This document shows, piece by piece, positions 45,626-54,554 of a stretch of 64,000 nt of DNA (position 1 is its first letter; every line of letters starts with the position of its first letter). Source of the DNA: Acidobacteriota bacterium (GTDB taxonomy: Bacteria; Acidobacteriota; Terriglobia; Terriglobales; Acidobacteriaceae); contig QIAB01000046.1 in the NCBI GenBank assembly GCA_003225455.1, positions 9,946 through 73,945 of the forward strand, written 5' to 3'. Under the pieces are notes generated by a model, which made no database searches, was not told the DNA's origin, and saw nothing but the letters and a program-made list of their open reading frames with translations. A program made the translations under genes and the position numbers.

Positions 45626-48079
45626 CTACGGCTGCAACGTCAGGTCATGCAGCCCCGCTTTTTCCACCGCCTGCTTCGAGAACGGAAACGGGAACGTATA
45701 GCCTTCATACCACGCTTTCCACTGGTCCATGTAATAGGGACTGAGAAAGTTTCCTGATTGCCCGGTCACGGTATTCAGCGTGGAGCGGTCGAGATCGGCG
45801 AGATCAACGGTCATCCGCTCTGAGGGTCCGGCATGCTTGGTTACCGCCTTCACTGTGAAGCCGCTGCCGGATTGCGGCTGTAAACCGGGGGCGGTCCAAC
45901 GCCCCAGTTGGGGAATTTGGCCGAAGATCGGATGCTTAATCTCAAGAGGGTGATACGCTCCCCACTTCCACGTGTTCAGGTCTTTCGGAGCATCCTTTCC
46001 GGTGACTGCATCCTCGACAGCGGCAGTGAGCAGTTCGTCGTAATTGGAGAATTTTTCTGGAAGCCATCGCTTGGGCTGATGTAACAGAACATTTTCCAGC
46101 CAAACGGACTCCATGCCCCATTTGTAAGTCTTCCAGCTAAGAACCCCGCCCTGGGTGCTTGAATCCTTAGGCGCGGCGCCAAGTTTTGGTTCAAGCAACA
46201 GGTGCATGAGTTCGTAGCGAGAGCGAGAGGCAATGATTGGCGCTGCCGAATCGGCGCTCATGCGGCCGTCCCAATTTCGCATAATGTCCGCGGCCTGCCT
46301 ACTGCGAGCAGATGAATTTCTGGCGTGATCAACAGCGTATACAAACCGTTCAGCCGAATAGCGCTCGAACTCAGAATAAATATCGGTTTGTAATTGCAGC
46401 ATGTCCGCGGCCGAGAATTTCTTCCCGGATTCAAGCACGCGATAGATGCGCGCTGTCCGCCAGGGCGCTTCCCATCCCGCGCTGATCGAATAGGGATACT
46501 TGTCCGGTGTAATTCGGCCATTTGCCGTAGCGATGATCCCTGAAGCTGGATTGAAAATGCTGGGCAGTTTGTCGAACGGAATGTAACCCGTCCATTCATG
46601 CGTATCATCGCTGCCATTTTCCGGAAGGCTGCCATCGCCGGAAGCACGAATGGGAATTTTTCCTGTGGCCTGATATCCAATGTTTCCGTCGACGTCGGCA
46701 TAGACCACGTTTTGGCCGGGCGCGTCGAACTTTGAAAGCGCGGCGCGGAACTCTTGCCAATTTTGCGCCGAATCCAGATCAAAGAATGGGCTGCGCGCCC
46801 CTTCGTATGCCGTCCAACGCAGCGCGAGCTTCCGCGTCTCGCCTTTGATGAGTTCAGTAATGATAGGGCCATGGCGGGTGACAACGACATCCACCGCGAG
46901 GTCGGGCTTGCCTTTTACATGGATGATTTCCTTTCGATGCTCCGGCTGTTTCCAGCCCCGTGGCGTGAGATATTGCCCGTTATTGTCGAAGGTCTCTACA
47001 TAAAGGTCTTCGACGGTTGGTCCGATGTTGGTAAATCCCCACGCGATGCGCTGGTTGTGCCCGAGAATTACGGTTGGCATGCCCGGAAGCGCGACCCCGG
47101 CGACATCTAGCTTCCCAGAGCGCAAATGAACCTCGTACCAAAGGTTGGGCATCTGGTGTCCGAGATGCGGATCATTCGACAGCAGCGGCTTGCCCGATAC
47201 AGTGTGCGCCCCGGATACGACCCAATTGTTGGAGCCCATTACGAGACTGGGATCTGAATCGAATGCTGGAGAAGTTATGGCCGGGCTCGTGCTATAGGTC
47301 ACGGAACTTCCCTTCCCCGTCTCGATCTCCTCCTCCTGGTCATTCTTCGGATTTCGGAGTCTGGGTCGCGACATCGTTGGCGGCCGGTCGTGCCAGGAGG
47401 TGTTCACAAACAGTTCGGCAGTGAGCTCCGGGCCCAGCTTGGCGAGAATTTTCTCGCGCGCCAATGCGTCCTTGTAGGGATAGTGATTGAGATCCTCGAT
47501 CATCTGCGCCGAGATCAACATGCAATCTACCGCTGTCCACGGGTGCGGAGAATAGCGAAGAATGCGGAATTCCAGCGGCAAGCGGTCGCGATGAGACTCG
47601 ATGTAAGCTGTCACGCCGCGCGCGTAGGCTTCGAAATACGACCGCTCCTCTGGCGAAATGGCCTCCAGCGCCCTTCGGGCTGCGACTCTGAGACCGAGAA
47701 TTCTCTGCTGCCTATCGTGCTCGATTAGCGCGCTGCCCAACACTTCGGCCAGCTCCCCTGCGGCGAATCGGCGCATTGCGTCCATCTGCCAGAGCCGATC
47801 CTGCGCGATGACATATCCCTGAGCAAAATAGAGGTCGCTGAGATTTGCCGCTTCGATGGTCGGAGCGCCGTGATTATCGCGGATCACGCGAACCGGAGCT
47901 GAAAGCCCTGGAACTTTGATAGTGCCATCGAGCTGCGGCAAGGCAGAGTGAGCTACCGAATAAAACCAGGCCAGAGCGCCCAAAAAGAGGAGCAAAAAAA
48001 TGATCAGCAGAAATCCGGCCATCCGCCGGAAGGTTTGGATTTTTCGAATCTCAGAGACAGGAGTTGTCGTGGTTGCCAT
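45626..48079 (-). CDS. Penicillin acylase family Ntn-hydrolase (penicillin amidase / acyl-homoserine-lactone acylase-like)
   Basis: 817 aa with an N-terminal anchor and the Ntn nucleophile context GSNNWVVSG. Confidence 0.85.
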   Translation of the reverse strand: MATTTTPVSEIRKIQTFRRMAGFLLIIFLLLFLGALAWFYSVAHSALPQLDGTIKVPGLSAPVRVIRDNHGAPTIEAANLSDLYFAQGYVIAQDRLWQMDAMRRFAAGELAEVLGSALIEHDRQQRILGLRVAARRALEAISPEERSYFEAYARGVTAYIESHRDRLPLEFRILRYSPHPWTAVDCMLISAQMIEDLNHYPYKDALAREKILAKLGPELTAELFVNTSWHDRPPTMSRPRLRNPKNDQEEEIETGKGSSVTYSTSPAITSPAFDSDPSLVMGSNNWVVSGAHTVSGKPLLSNDPHLGHQMPNLWYEVHLRSGKLDVAGVALPGMPTVILGHNQRIAWGFTNIGPTVEDLYVETFDNNGQYLTPRGWKQPEHRKEIIHVKGKPDLAVDVVVTRHGPIITELIKGETRKLALRWTAYEGARSPFFDLDSAQNWQEFRAALSKFDAPGQNVVYADVDGNIGYQATGKIPIRASGDGSLPENGSDDTHEWTGYIPFDKLPSIFNPASGIIATANGRITPDKYPYSISAGWEAPWRTARIYRVLESGKKFSAADMLQLQTDIYSEFERYSAERFVYAVDHARNSSARSRQAADIMRNWDGRMSADSAAPIIASRSRYELMHLLLEPKLGAAPKDSSTQGGVLSWKTYKWGMESVWLENVLLHQPKRWLPEKFSNYDELLTAAVEDAVTGKDAPKDLNTWKWGAYHPLEIKHPIFGQIPQLGRWTAPGLQPQSGSGFTVKAVTKHAGPSERMTVDLADLDRSTLNTVTGQSGNFLSPYYMDQWKAWYEGYTFPFPFSKQAVEKAGLHDLTLQP

Positions 48080-48210
48080 GGCGCATTTCTTATTTTACAG
48101 GCTGTGATTTATACGAGCGGGAGTTGCCATTTACTAGTGGACACTTAAGAGAAGCTTGTGTCCCCGGAGTGTCGCCGAAACTTCAATTGAGCAGCCCAAC
48201 TGGCACGAAT

Positions 48211-49623
48211 CTATGTTGCGTGCTCCTTGATTTCGGGTGCGGCTGGCTTGAGAGCGGCAATATCGTGTTGCACCGGAATTGTCGGTAGGCGAATTTCAAC
48301 CAACAGGCCACCTTCGGGACGATTCATGGCCCGGACTGTTCCACCGTGCAGGCTGACAACTCGATCAGTAATTGCAAGTCCGAGACCGACGCCGCCGGTT
48401 TGGCGGCCGCGGGCGTCGTCGATGCGATAGAAGGGACGGAAAATTTTGTCGAGGGATTCTTGCGGTACGCCGGGGCCAGAATCGGCGACTCGGATGATGG
48501 CTTCGGGTTGCGCAGGGGATGCGCTTTTTTCCAGGCTAACTTCGACGATCGTGCCCTCCCGCGTGTAGCGGGTTCCGTTTCGCACCACGTTTTCGATAGC
48601 GCTATGTAGAAGCGTGGGAGAACCCATTATCATCGCGTCCTCATGGATCACGCAGTTCACGTGGCAGTTTCGGCCTTGCGCTTCGAAGTCGGCATCGTCA
48701 CAGATTTGCTGGATCATCTCCGCCAAGTGAATCGGTGAAGTGTGCCGCGAATCGTCTCCACTTTCCAAGCGGGCGATGGTCAACAGCTCTCCAATGAGAT
48801 CATTGAGGCGATTGGCTTCCAAGTCCATGCGGTCGAGCGCACTTTCGGCTTCCGGTCCGGTACGCTGGCGTGCCAGGGCAAGCGCGACGTTGAGACGCGC
48901 GAGTGGCGAACGCAATTCGTGAGAAATGTCGTTTAGCAAGCGGCCCTGAGCCTTAACCGAGGTTTCCAGGCGCTCGGCCATGACGTCGAAGTCGCGAACC
49001 AACTCGGCAATTTCATCGCCGCCGCGTGATCCGGGTTTGCCGGCGCGAGCACTCAAATCGCCGGCTGCCAATTTCTGTGTGGCACCGCGCAAGCGGATGA
49101 TGGGCGAGGTCAAATACCGGGCAAGCAGGTAGCACACCAGACCTGAGGACACGATTCCGATAAGAATGCCCATGCCGGGGATGCCACCTGGACCAATCGG
49201 ACCTGGTGGCAACATCACGACCATGATGTAGTGGCGTCCGCTAGAAGCGGTCAGCGTTCGTCGCTGAAACGGGCTGGGAGCGAACCATTGCCAGAGATCA
49301 TGCGGACGCGGCGCAACCCCTCGCGCCACAGACTCAGCCCAGTGCGGTACTGGACGTCCGGAGAGTTCCTGGCCTTGTTCGTTGAAGAGAAAAGCACGAA
49401 CGTGCTGCGAATCGCGGACCTCCTCGAGATAGCGGCGTAATTCGGCCTGACCAGCCCGCTCGTAAGTCTGCACAGCTTCGCCGAGAACCGCATTTTGCCG
49501 CGCCTCCCACGCGGCGAATTCGCCACGCTGACGAAGGGTAATGGTGACAATAATGGCGAGAACGAGAAACAGCGCCTGCGCCACCCAGTAAGAAAGAAAA
49601 ATCTTGAGGAACAAGCTTCTCAT
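48211..49623 (-). CDS. Sensor histidine kinase (CpxA/BaeS-like: periplasmic loop, HAMP, HisKA, HATPase)
   Basis: 470 aa, 2 TM, H-box ISHELRSPLARL and G-boxes DSGPGV / GGVGLGLAI. Confidence 0.88.
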   Translation of the reverse strand: MRSLFLKIFLSYWVAQALFLVLAIIVTITLRQRGEFAAWEARQNAVLGEAVQTYERAGQAELRRYLEEVRDSQHVRAFLFNEQGQELSGRPVPHWAESVARGVAPRPHDLWQWFAPSPFQRRTLTASSGRHYIMVVMLPPGPIGPGGIPGMGILIGIVSSGLVCYLLARYLTSPIIRLRGATQKLAAGDLSARAGKPGSRGGDEIAELVRDFDVMAERLETSVKAQGRLLNDISHELRSPLARLNVALALARQRTGPEAESALDRMDLEANRLNDLIGELLTIARLESGDDSRHTSPIHLAEMIQQICDDADFEAQGRNCHVNCVIHEDAMIMGSPTLLHSAIENVVRNGTRYTREGTIVEVSLEKSASPAQPEAIIRVADSGPGVPQESLDKIFRPFYRIDDARGRQTGGVGLGLAITDRVVSLHGGTVRAMNRPEGGLLVEIRLPTIPVQHDIAALKPAAPEIKEHAT

Positions 49624-50363
49624 GAGCGGCTGCTCCGGAGTTTTTCCGGGGGAGCGGATTGCTCTGGCGGACGGGCGAAGATATAGCCTACGCCGCGCAC
49701 CGTCTTGATGTGATCGTTGGCGCCTTCTGAATCGCCGAGCTTTTTGCGGATTTTGCTCACGTGCATGTCGATACTGCGATCAAAGGGAGAAAATTTTCGG
49801 CTTAACACAACGTCAACCAGGCGCTCACGCGGGACTACGTGACCTGCTTCGCGAAGCAGCGCGTGTAGCAGGTTGAATTCAACCGAGGTCAGCTCGACCG
49901 GCTTGCCATTCTGGCGAACGCTGCGCGTGGCTGGGTCAAGCTCGACATCGCCCACGCGAACTGGCTGTTGCGGCTCCAACGCGCCTTTTCCTTCTCGGGT
50001 ACGGCGCAGGATGGCGCGAATGCGCGCAACCAGCTCGCGGGGATTGAAGGGTTTGGGAAGGTAATCGTCAGCGCCGATTTCCAGTCCGACAATGCGATCC
50101 ACATCCTGGCCGCGCGCCGTAAGGAGAAGCACCGGCACGCGGGATTTCAGGCGAATACGGCGCAGGACGTCGAAGCCATTCATCCCCGGAAGCATCACGT
50201 CAAGCACAACCAGAAGGTGCTCGCCGCCGAGCGCGGCGTCGAGCCCGCGCTTCCCCTCATGAACGCACTCTACGAAGAAGCCTTCCGGCCCAAGGTATTC
50301 GCCAACTAACGTGCAAAGTTCAACGTCGTCGTCGATGACGAGGATGTGATCCACACTATCCAT
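49620..50363 (-). CDS. OmpR-family response regulator (CpxR-like)
   Basis: Receiver LVVLDVMLPGMNG plus a winged helix ..TVRGVGYIF. It overlaps the kinase start by 4 nt. Confidence 0.9.
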   Translation of the reverse strand: MDSVDHILVIDDDVELCTLVGEYLGPEGFFVECVHEGKRGLDAALGGEHLLVVLDVMLPGMNGFDVLRRIRLKSRVPVLLLTARGQDVDRIVGLEIGADDYLPKPFNPRELVARIRAILRRTREGKGALEPQQPVRVGDVELDPATRSVRQNGKPVELTSVEFNLLHALLREAGHVVPRERLVDVVLSRKFSPFDRSIDMHVSKIRKKLGDSEGANDHIKTVRGVGYIFARPPEQSAPPEKLRSSRS

Positions 50364-50405
50364 TTTAGTTCCGTGACCCGAGCGTCTGCGACCAGGAACA
50401 GTGGA

Positions 50406-50441
50406 TTTACAAAACTTTACTTCGCTTGACCGACTCTTTAC
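50406..50441. promoter_or_regulatory. Candidate response-regulator binding site: TTTAC direct repeats (GTAAA-N5-GTAAA on the other strand)
   Basis: tttac-aaaac-tttac at 50406-50420, and a third tttac at 50437-50441 (offsets of 10 and 21 nt). It lies in the divergent intergenic region. Confidence 0.55.
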
Positions 50442-50489
50442 TGCGTTTGGATGGGGAATGGGTTTCTAATAAGTAAAGCAGGAGGTGTT

Positions 50490-50978
50490 ATGAAATCCAA
50501 AAGTGTTTTGCTGATAGCGGTGGCGCTTGTGCTCGCCTTGACGGCGGCGGTGGGAATCTCACAAACCGTGAGACGCGCGCACATGCATGGTGGGATGTAC
50601 GGCGGCGGAATGTTCGAAGGACACATGCTGCACTTCTTCACCGATTATCTTGACCTCACAGACGCGCAGCAGGCGCAGGTAAAAGACATTCTCGCGAAGG
50701 AAAAACCGGCGATGAAGCCGTTGATGCAGCAAATGGCGCAAGGCCATCAGCAGCTTCGTGAGCTGACGATGGCGGGAGCCTTTGATGAAGCCAAGGTGCG
50801 TGCTATGGCAACTCAGCAATCTCAGACCATGACCGAAATGATCGTTCAAAAAGCGCGGATTGAATCAGAGATGATCCAGCTGCTCACGCCGGAGCAGAAG
50901 ACCAAGCTCAACGAATTCATGGCGAAGCATGAGCAGCGAATGATGAAGCACATGCAGGAACCTCCACCAAGCCAATAG
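50490..50978 (+). CDS. Periplasmic Spy/CpxP family protein
   Basis: ATG 50490 with GGAGG upstream, a signal peptide, and two LTxxQ motifs (LTDAQ, LTPEQ). Confidence 0.8.
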   Translation: MKSKSVLLIAVALVLALTAAVGISQTVRRAHMHGGMYGGGMFEGHMLHFFTDYLDLTDAQQAQVKDILAKEKPAMKPLMQQMAQGHQQLRELTMAGAFDEAKVRAMATQQSQTMTEMIVQKARIESEMIQLLTPEQKTKLNEFMAKHEQRMMKHMQEPPPSQ

Positions 50979-50990
50979 GAGCGGAAGCCA

Positions 50991-51221
50991 GTGGCGAGTA
51001 ATGTCATTAGCAGAGACCTGATCACTGTCATCGCGCAGGAGTTGTCCTGCGCGGTGGACAGATCAGTCGAATACTGGATGGCGCAATTGGACGAAGTACT
51101 GGCCGACACGCGCCTGACTACATTAGGCCGGCTCAATTCAGTTGCAGCGATTGTCGCCCGCTACAAGCATTTCACCGGGAAGTCGCAACTGCGCTCGCGC
51201 CCAGTCGACGATCGTACTTAG
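50991..51221 (+). CDS. Hypothetical small protein
   Basis: 76-aa ORF with a GTG start, 12 nt after the cpxP-like stop. Confidence 0.35.
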   Translation: MASNVISRDLITVIAQELSCAVDRSVEYWMAQLDEVLADTRLTTLGRLNSVAAIVARYKHFTGKSQLRSRPVDDRT

Positions 51222-51230
51222 GAGCATCCG

Positions 51231-51413
51231 ATGGACGCGGTTTCCTGGTATGTGTTGAGCTCCAGTTGGGTCTTCCTGGTGGGCTGGGTCGTCATGCTAC
51301 TGGTCGCTGGCGCGGCCGGCATAGACAACGCCAGTATAACGCAGGGAAGACTTCCCTACCCTTTCGTTGCCTCTCGACGCTCCGGCGGTGTTGTCACTCG
51401 CTGCGCTGCTTGA
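51231..51413 (+). CDS. Hypothetical small membrane protein
   Basis: 60 aa with one clear TM (WVFLVGWVVMLLVAGAAG). The 3' end overlaps convergent parE by 20 nt. Confidence 0.35.
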   Translation: MDAVSWYVLSSSWVFLVGWVVMLLVAGAAGIDNASITQGRLPYPFVASRRSGGVVTRCAA

Positions 51414-51705
51414 GAATCCGCTCAACGTCTCGCCGACCGTGAAGGATCGCCACAATCTGTAGAGGCGTAGTCTCAGGACGATACACGATCAGATAAGAGT
51501 AAATCGGAAAGAATTTTACGGTTTGCCTGGTAAGGTCATGGCGCCAATGCCCGGCGCCAGGATTCCCAGCCAGGAAAACGAACCGGTCCTGGATGACAGA
51601 CTGAACATGGTGGGCTATTTCGAAGCTGCTCTGTTTCTTGATGTAGCGCCAGATTTCGACCAGATCGCCCGCCGCCTCGGGCGCGAGAACGTAGCCAGAC
51701 TTCAT
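51394..51705 (-). CDS. Type II toxin, ParE/RelE family
   Basis: 103 aa with AAGDLVEIWRYI and YLIVYR..IVAILHGRRD, typical of ParE. Confidence 0.8.
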   Translation of the reverse strand: MKSGYVLAPEAAGDLVEIWRYIKKQSSFEIAHHVQSVIQDRFVFLAGNPGAGHWRHDLTRQTVKFFPIYSYLIVYRPETTPLQIVAILHGRRDVERILKQRSE

Positions 51706-51959
51706 TCAGGTTTGGATTTCAGTTCTTTCAAGTACGCATCCACTTGGTCTTGCGGAATTCCCTCGCCCCGGTCGAGCTGGGCGATGCCACGTCGAATCTT
51801 TGCGTTGATAGCTTCTTTGTTTTCCTGAAGCCAGCGGTCCTGCTCTTCCTGGGTTTCAAGCAAGCGCAACAGCACTTCCTCCACACTAGCTGACCCGGTC
51901 GCTTCCAGTTGTTTCTGAAGACGAGCTTGCAACGCTCTGTCGCGGATCTCAATATTCAT
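51702..51959 (-). CDS. Type II antitoxin (ParD/Phd-like)
   Basis: 85 aa from ATG 51959. It overlaps the toxin start by 4 nt. Confidence 0.65.
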   Translation of the reverse strand: MNIEIRDRALQARLQKQLEATGSASVEEVLLRLLETQEEQDRWLQENKEAINAKIRRGIAQLDRGEGIPQDQVDAYLKELKSKPE

Positions 51960-52074
51960 GGCCGGTTCCTGACGGCTTGGTGGGCACCTTTCTGTCTCAA
52001 TCGTAGCCGAGGAGTTTGGAATGTCAAGCTTGGGACCGTGCTTTAGAGGCTGGTTGGGCACTGGTCGGGGCGTC

Positions 52075-52509
52075 CTAAGCTGGCTTTTTCACCGCTGGAG
52101 CGGGCGTGTGCTCGAATGGCTGTTTCGAGTAATGAACCTTGTCAATCTCGATCACCAGGGCGACCGGCACTTCTTCGCGGTAGGGCCAAGCCTTGCCCAC
52201 GTACTTGCGCGAGATGGCGTCAATGTATTTGAAATCGGAGTCGCGGCGGCGCTCCGTCACCCGGCCACGTAGCCGGGCCTCGTTGTAGGGATCGTCCATA
52301 TCAACGATGGAGATGGCCACCCGCGGATCGCGCCGCGTGTTTCTGCCTTTGACTGAATCCTCATCGGTGCAGATGATGATGCAGTCGCCTTCGCGTCCCA
52401 CCCACACCGGCGCGCTGTGGGGAGAGCCGTCACTCATGAGGGTGGCCAGGTGGGCGAAGTTGCGGGCGTCGAGTAAACGCGTGACCGCGTCGGGGAGCGG
52501 GATTGCCAT
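52075..52509 (-). CDS. Pyridoxamine 5'-phosphate oxidase family / PPOX-class F420-dependent-like protein
   Basis: ATG 52509 with GAGGAGG upstream. ARNFAHLATLMSDGSPHSAPVW..DPRVAISIVD. Confidence 0.7.
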   Translation of the reverse strand: MAIPLPDAVTRLLDARNFAHLATLMSDGSPHSAPVWVGREGDCIIICTDEDSVKGRNTRRDPRVAISIVDMDDPYNEARLRGRVTERRRDSDFKYIDAISRKYVGKAWPYREEVPVALVIEIDKVHYSKQPFEHTPAPAVKKPA

Positions 52510-52621
52510 GGCGGTCCTCCTCTCGTCTTGCGCGGCTGATTTTGTCACAAGCGAAGGCTAGGTTCAATGGAGTGACGAGAGGTTGGAGTGGGCCGCGTTC
52601 TTTCGCAGTAGTTGAAGCTGT

Positions 52622-52658
52622 AAAAAAAAACACCGACTAAGTCAATTGACAGAGTCGG
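52622..52658 (-). terminator. Rho-independent terminator after the AsmA-like gene
   Basis: Minus strand: ccgactctgtcaattgacttagtcgg hairpin followed by a T9 run. Confidence 0.75.
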
Positions 52659-52743
52659 AAAGGCGGGTGAGTTCGCGGCGCACATCATCGGTTGCGCCTG
52701 AAACGCTATACGGGCAACGAACCATACTCTTTGCCATATCTAT

Positions 52744-54345
52744 TCAATGTTGAATCGCCGCTTCTTTGTGCCCGAAGTCTAAGCCGAAGTGCGGGGCTGA
52801 CTTGGTGCCAGTCACTTTTACGGGAACTTCTGTCCCCGCGCCATGTTTGCTGAAAAACGGGTCAACCGGTTTCAGGAGTACAGATTTCCAGCCCGTCACC
52901 ATATGGGACAGCTTGGCTTCCATGCGCGCTTTTCCGTGAAAATCAAATTGATTTCCATCCAGGCTGTACTTGCCGGTCATGTCCACTTTCGTTCCAGGCA
53001 CCTGAAAGTGTAGCTGGGAGAAAGAAAGCAGGCCATTGGACAACTTGAAAGTACCTGTCATTTCAGACAGCACGTTGTCTGGGATGTCGTCCTTAGCTTC
53101 CTTTGGTCTGCCTTGGCTCCGCAAGCTCAACGCATCCACCTTGGACTGAACTTTCTCATTAGTGAAATGCGCCCTGGAAATGTGGAAAAGTCCAGCTAGT
53201 CGAAGGCGATTACTCAGGTCTGCATCTCCTGGGGAAAGGTCCAATTTCGTTTTCAACTCCGCTGCACCAGTCATGACTGGAGGGTCAGTCCGGACTCCGA
53301 GCTTGAGGAGGTCGTCGATCCTTGCGCCATCTACTGCAACATCAAGAACAACTCTATGGCCATTCGGATTTCTCACTCGCAATACTGACCCCTTCGCGAC
53401 AAGCGGAGAATGCAGGATCATGGCCTTGACCGGCTCAAGATATGTGTCTCCGCTGGTTCCATCGACAATGGCGTGGAATTCGGTATGCAGGGGGACAGGG
53501 TGGCCGCTGATCGCAATTCGGAAATCGGGAGTATCCGTCGTCCCATCGACAACAATATTTCCGAGAGTGCCGGCATATTCGCCGGTCGAAGAAAGGATTC
53601 CGGCAATGCCTTTGATCGTACTGAGGTCAGCATTGCTGAACGAATACTTGCCTCGCACCGGTGAGCTGCGGGGATCATCTGCCTCCCAGGGTCCGAACAA
53701 TCCGCTGGAGTGAATTGTTCCGACGGGCTTGGGATTCACGAGCATGGCATCAAAAAAGAGGGGCTGTCCCGGGCCAATCTCTTTCATTTGCAGCTGGCTG
53801 ATGTCGAACTCCAGAGGCAGCTTATCTGGTCTGAGTGTGTTGATTACGAGTCGCGCCTCCTCACAGACGAACTCGTCCACATAAATCTTGATCTTTCCTC
53901 CCTTGACATTGATACCCGCCCGTCTTTGTTCTTTTGGTGGAATATTCAGCTCCAAGCCTTTCAGATATACACGATGAACTCGCATCGGCGTATGCAGCAG
54001 ATTGAGGACGCTCGCGGCGAATCGGAATTCATCAATCGCAATCAGCGGTTGAGTTCCCGGCTTTTGAATGTTTACATCGCTTGTACCGAAGATCTTCAGT
54101 CCCTCACCTGAGACATGCACTCCATGCGCGACGGAAACATGGAATCCGGCGAGTTCCACTCGACTGTGAAAACGCGCGGAAAGCGTCTCGATGATCCTGC
54201 CTCGCAGAATGGGTTCAGCGTGGTAAATCGCGATCGCAACCGCTACTCCGACGACAACTAAGAAAGCCAGTGCTATTGTCCGAATCGACCACCAACGAGA
54301 CCCCCGAGTGTGCTTCCGATTACGAGCTCCTGTTTCTTCCGACAT
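52744..54345 (-). CDS. AsmA-like / DUF748-like membrane-anchored protein
   Basis: 533 aa with an N-terminal TM and a long beta-rich body. Confidence 0.5.
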   Translation of the reverse strand: MSEETGARNRKHTRGSRWWSIRTIALAFLVVVGVAVAIAIYHAEPILRGRIIETLSARFHSRVELAGFHVSVAHGVHVSGEGLKIFGTSDVNIQKPGTQPLIAIDEFRFAASVLNLLHTPMRVHRVYLKGLELNIPPKEQRRAGINVKGGKIKIYVDEFVCEEARLVINTLRPDKLPLEFDISQLQMKEIGPGQPLFFDAMLVNPKPVGTIHSSGLFGPWEADDPRSSPVRGKYSFSNADLSTIKGIAGILSSTGEYAGTLGNIVVDGTTDTPDFRIAISGHPVPLHTEFHAIVDGTSGDTYLEPVKAMILHSPLVAKGSVLRVRNPNGHRVVLDVAVDGARIDDLLKLGVRTDPPVMTGAAELKTKLDLSPGDADLSNRLRLAGLFHISRAHFTNEKVQSKVDALSLRSQGRPKEAKDDIPDNVLSEMTGTFKLSNGLLSFSQLHFQVPGTKVDMTGKYSLDGNQFDFHGKARMEAKLSHMVTGWKSVLLKPVDPFFSKHGAGTEVPVKVTGTKSAPHFGLDFGHKEAAIQH

Positions 54346-54554
54346 GTCTAATCAAAAGCCTCAACTCAGATTTAGCAGGCACTCCCCTGGGGACGCGGTG
54401 GCGTGAGCCACCCGCGCACGTCTCCTGCAAATGGCAGGAGCAGACACAGGAGGAGCACATGGTTTAACAGTCGAATCGCGAGATCGGTTCTCACTTTTGT
54501 TCGTCCTTTCAAGCTTGTGCTTCATATACCGGACCTGAGCTGTGTGATGTCCTC

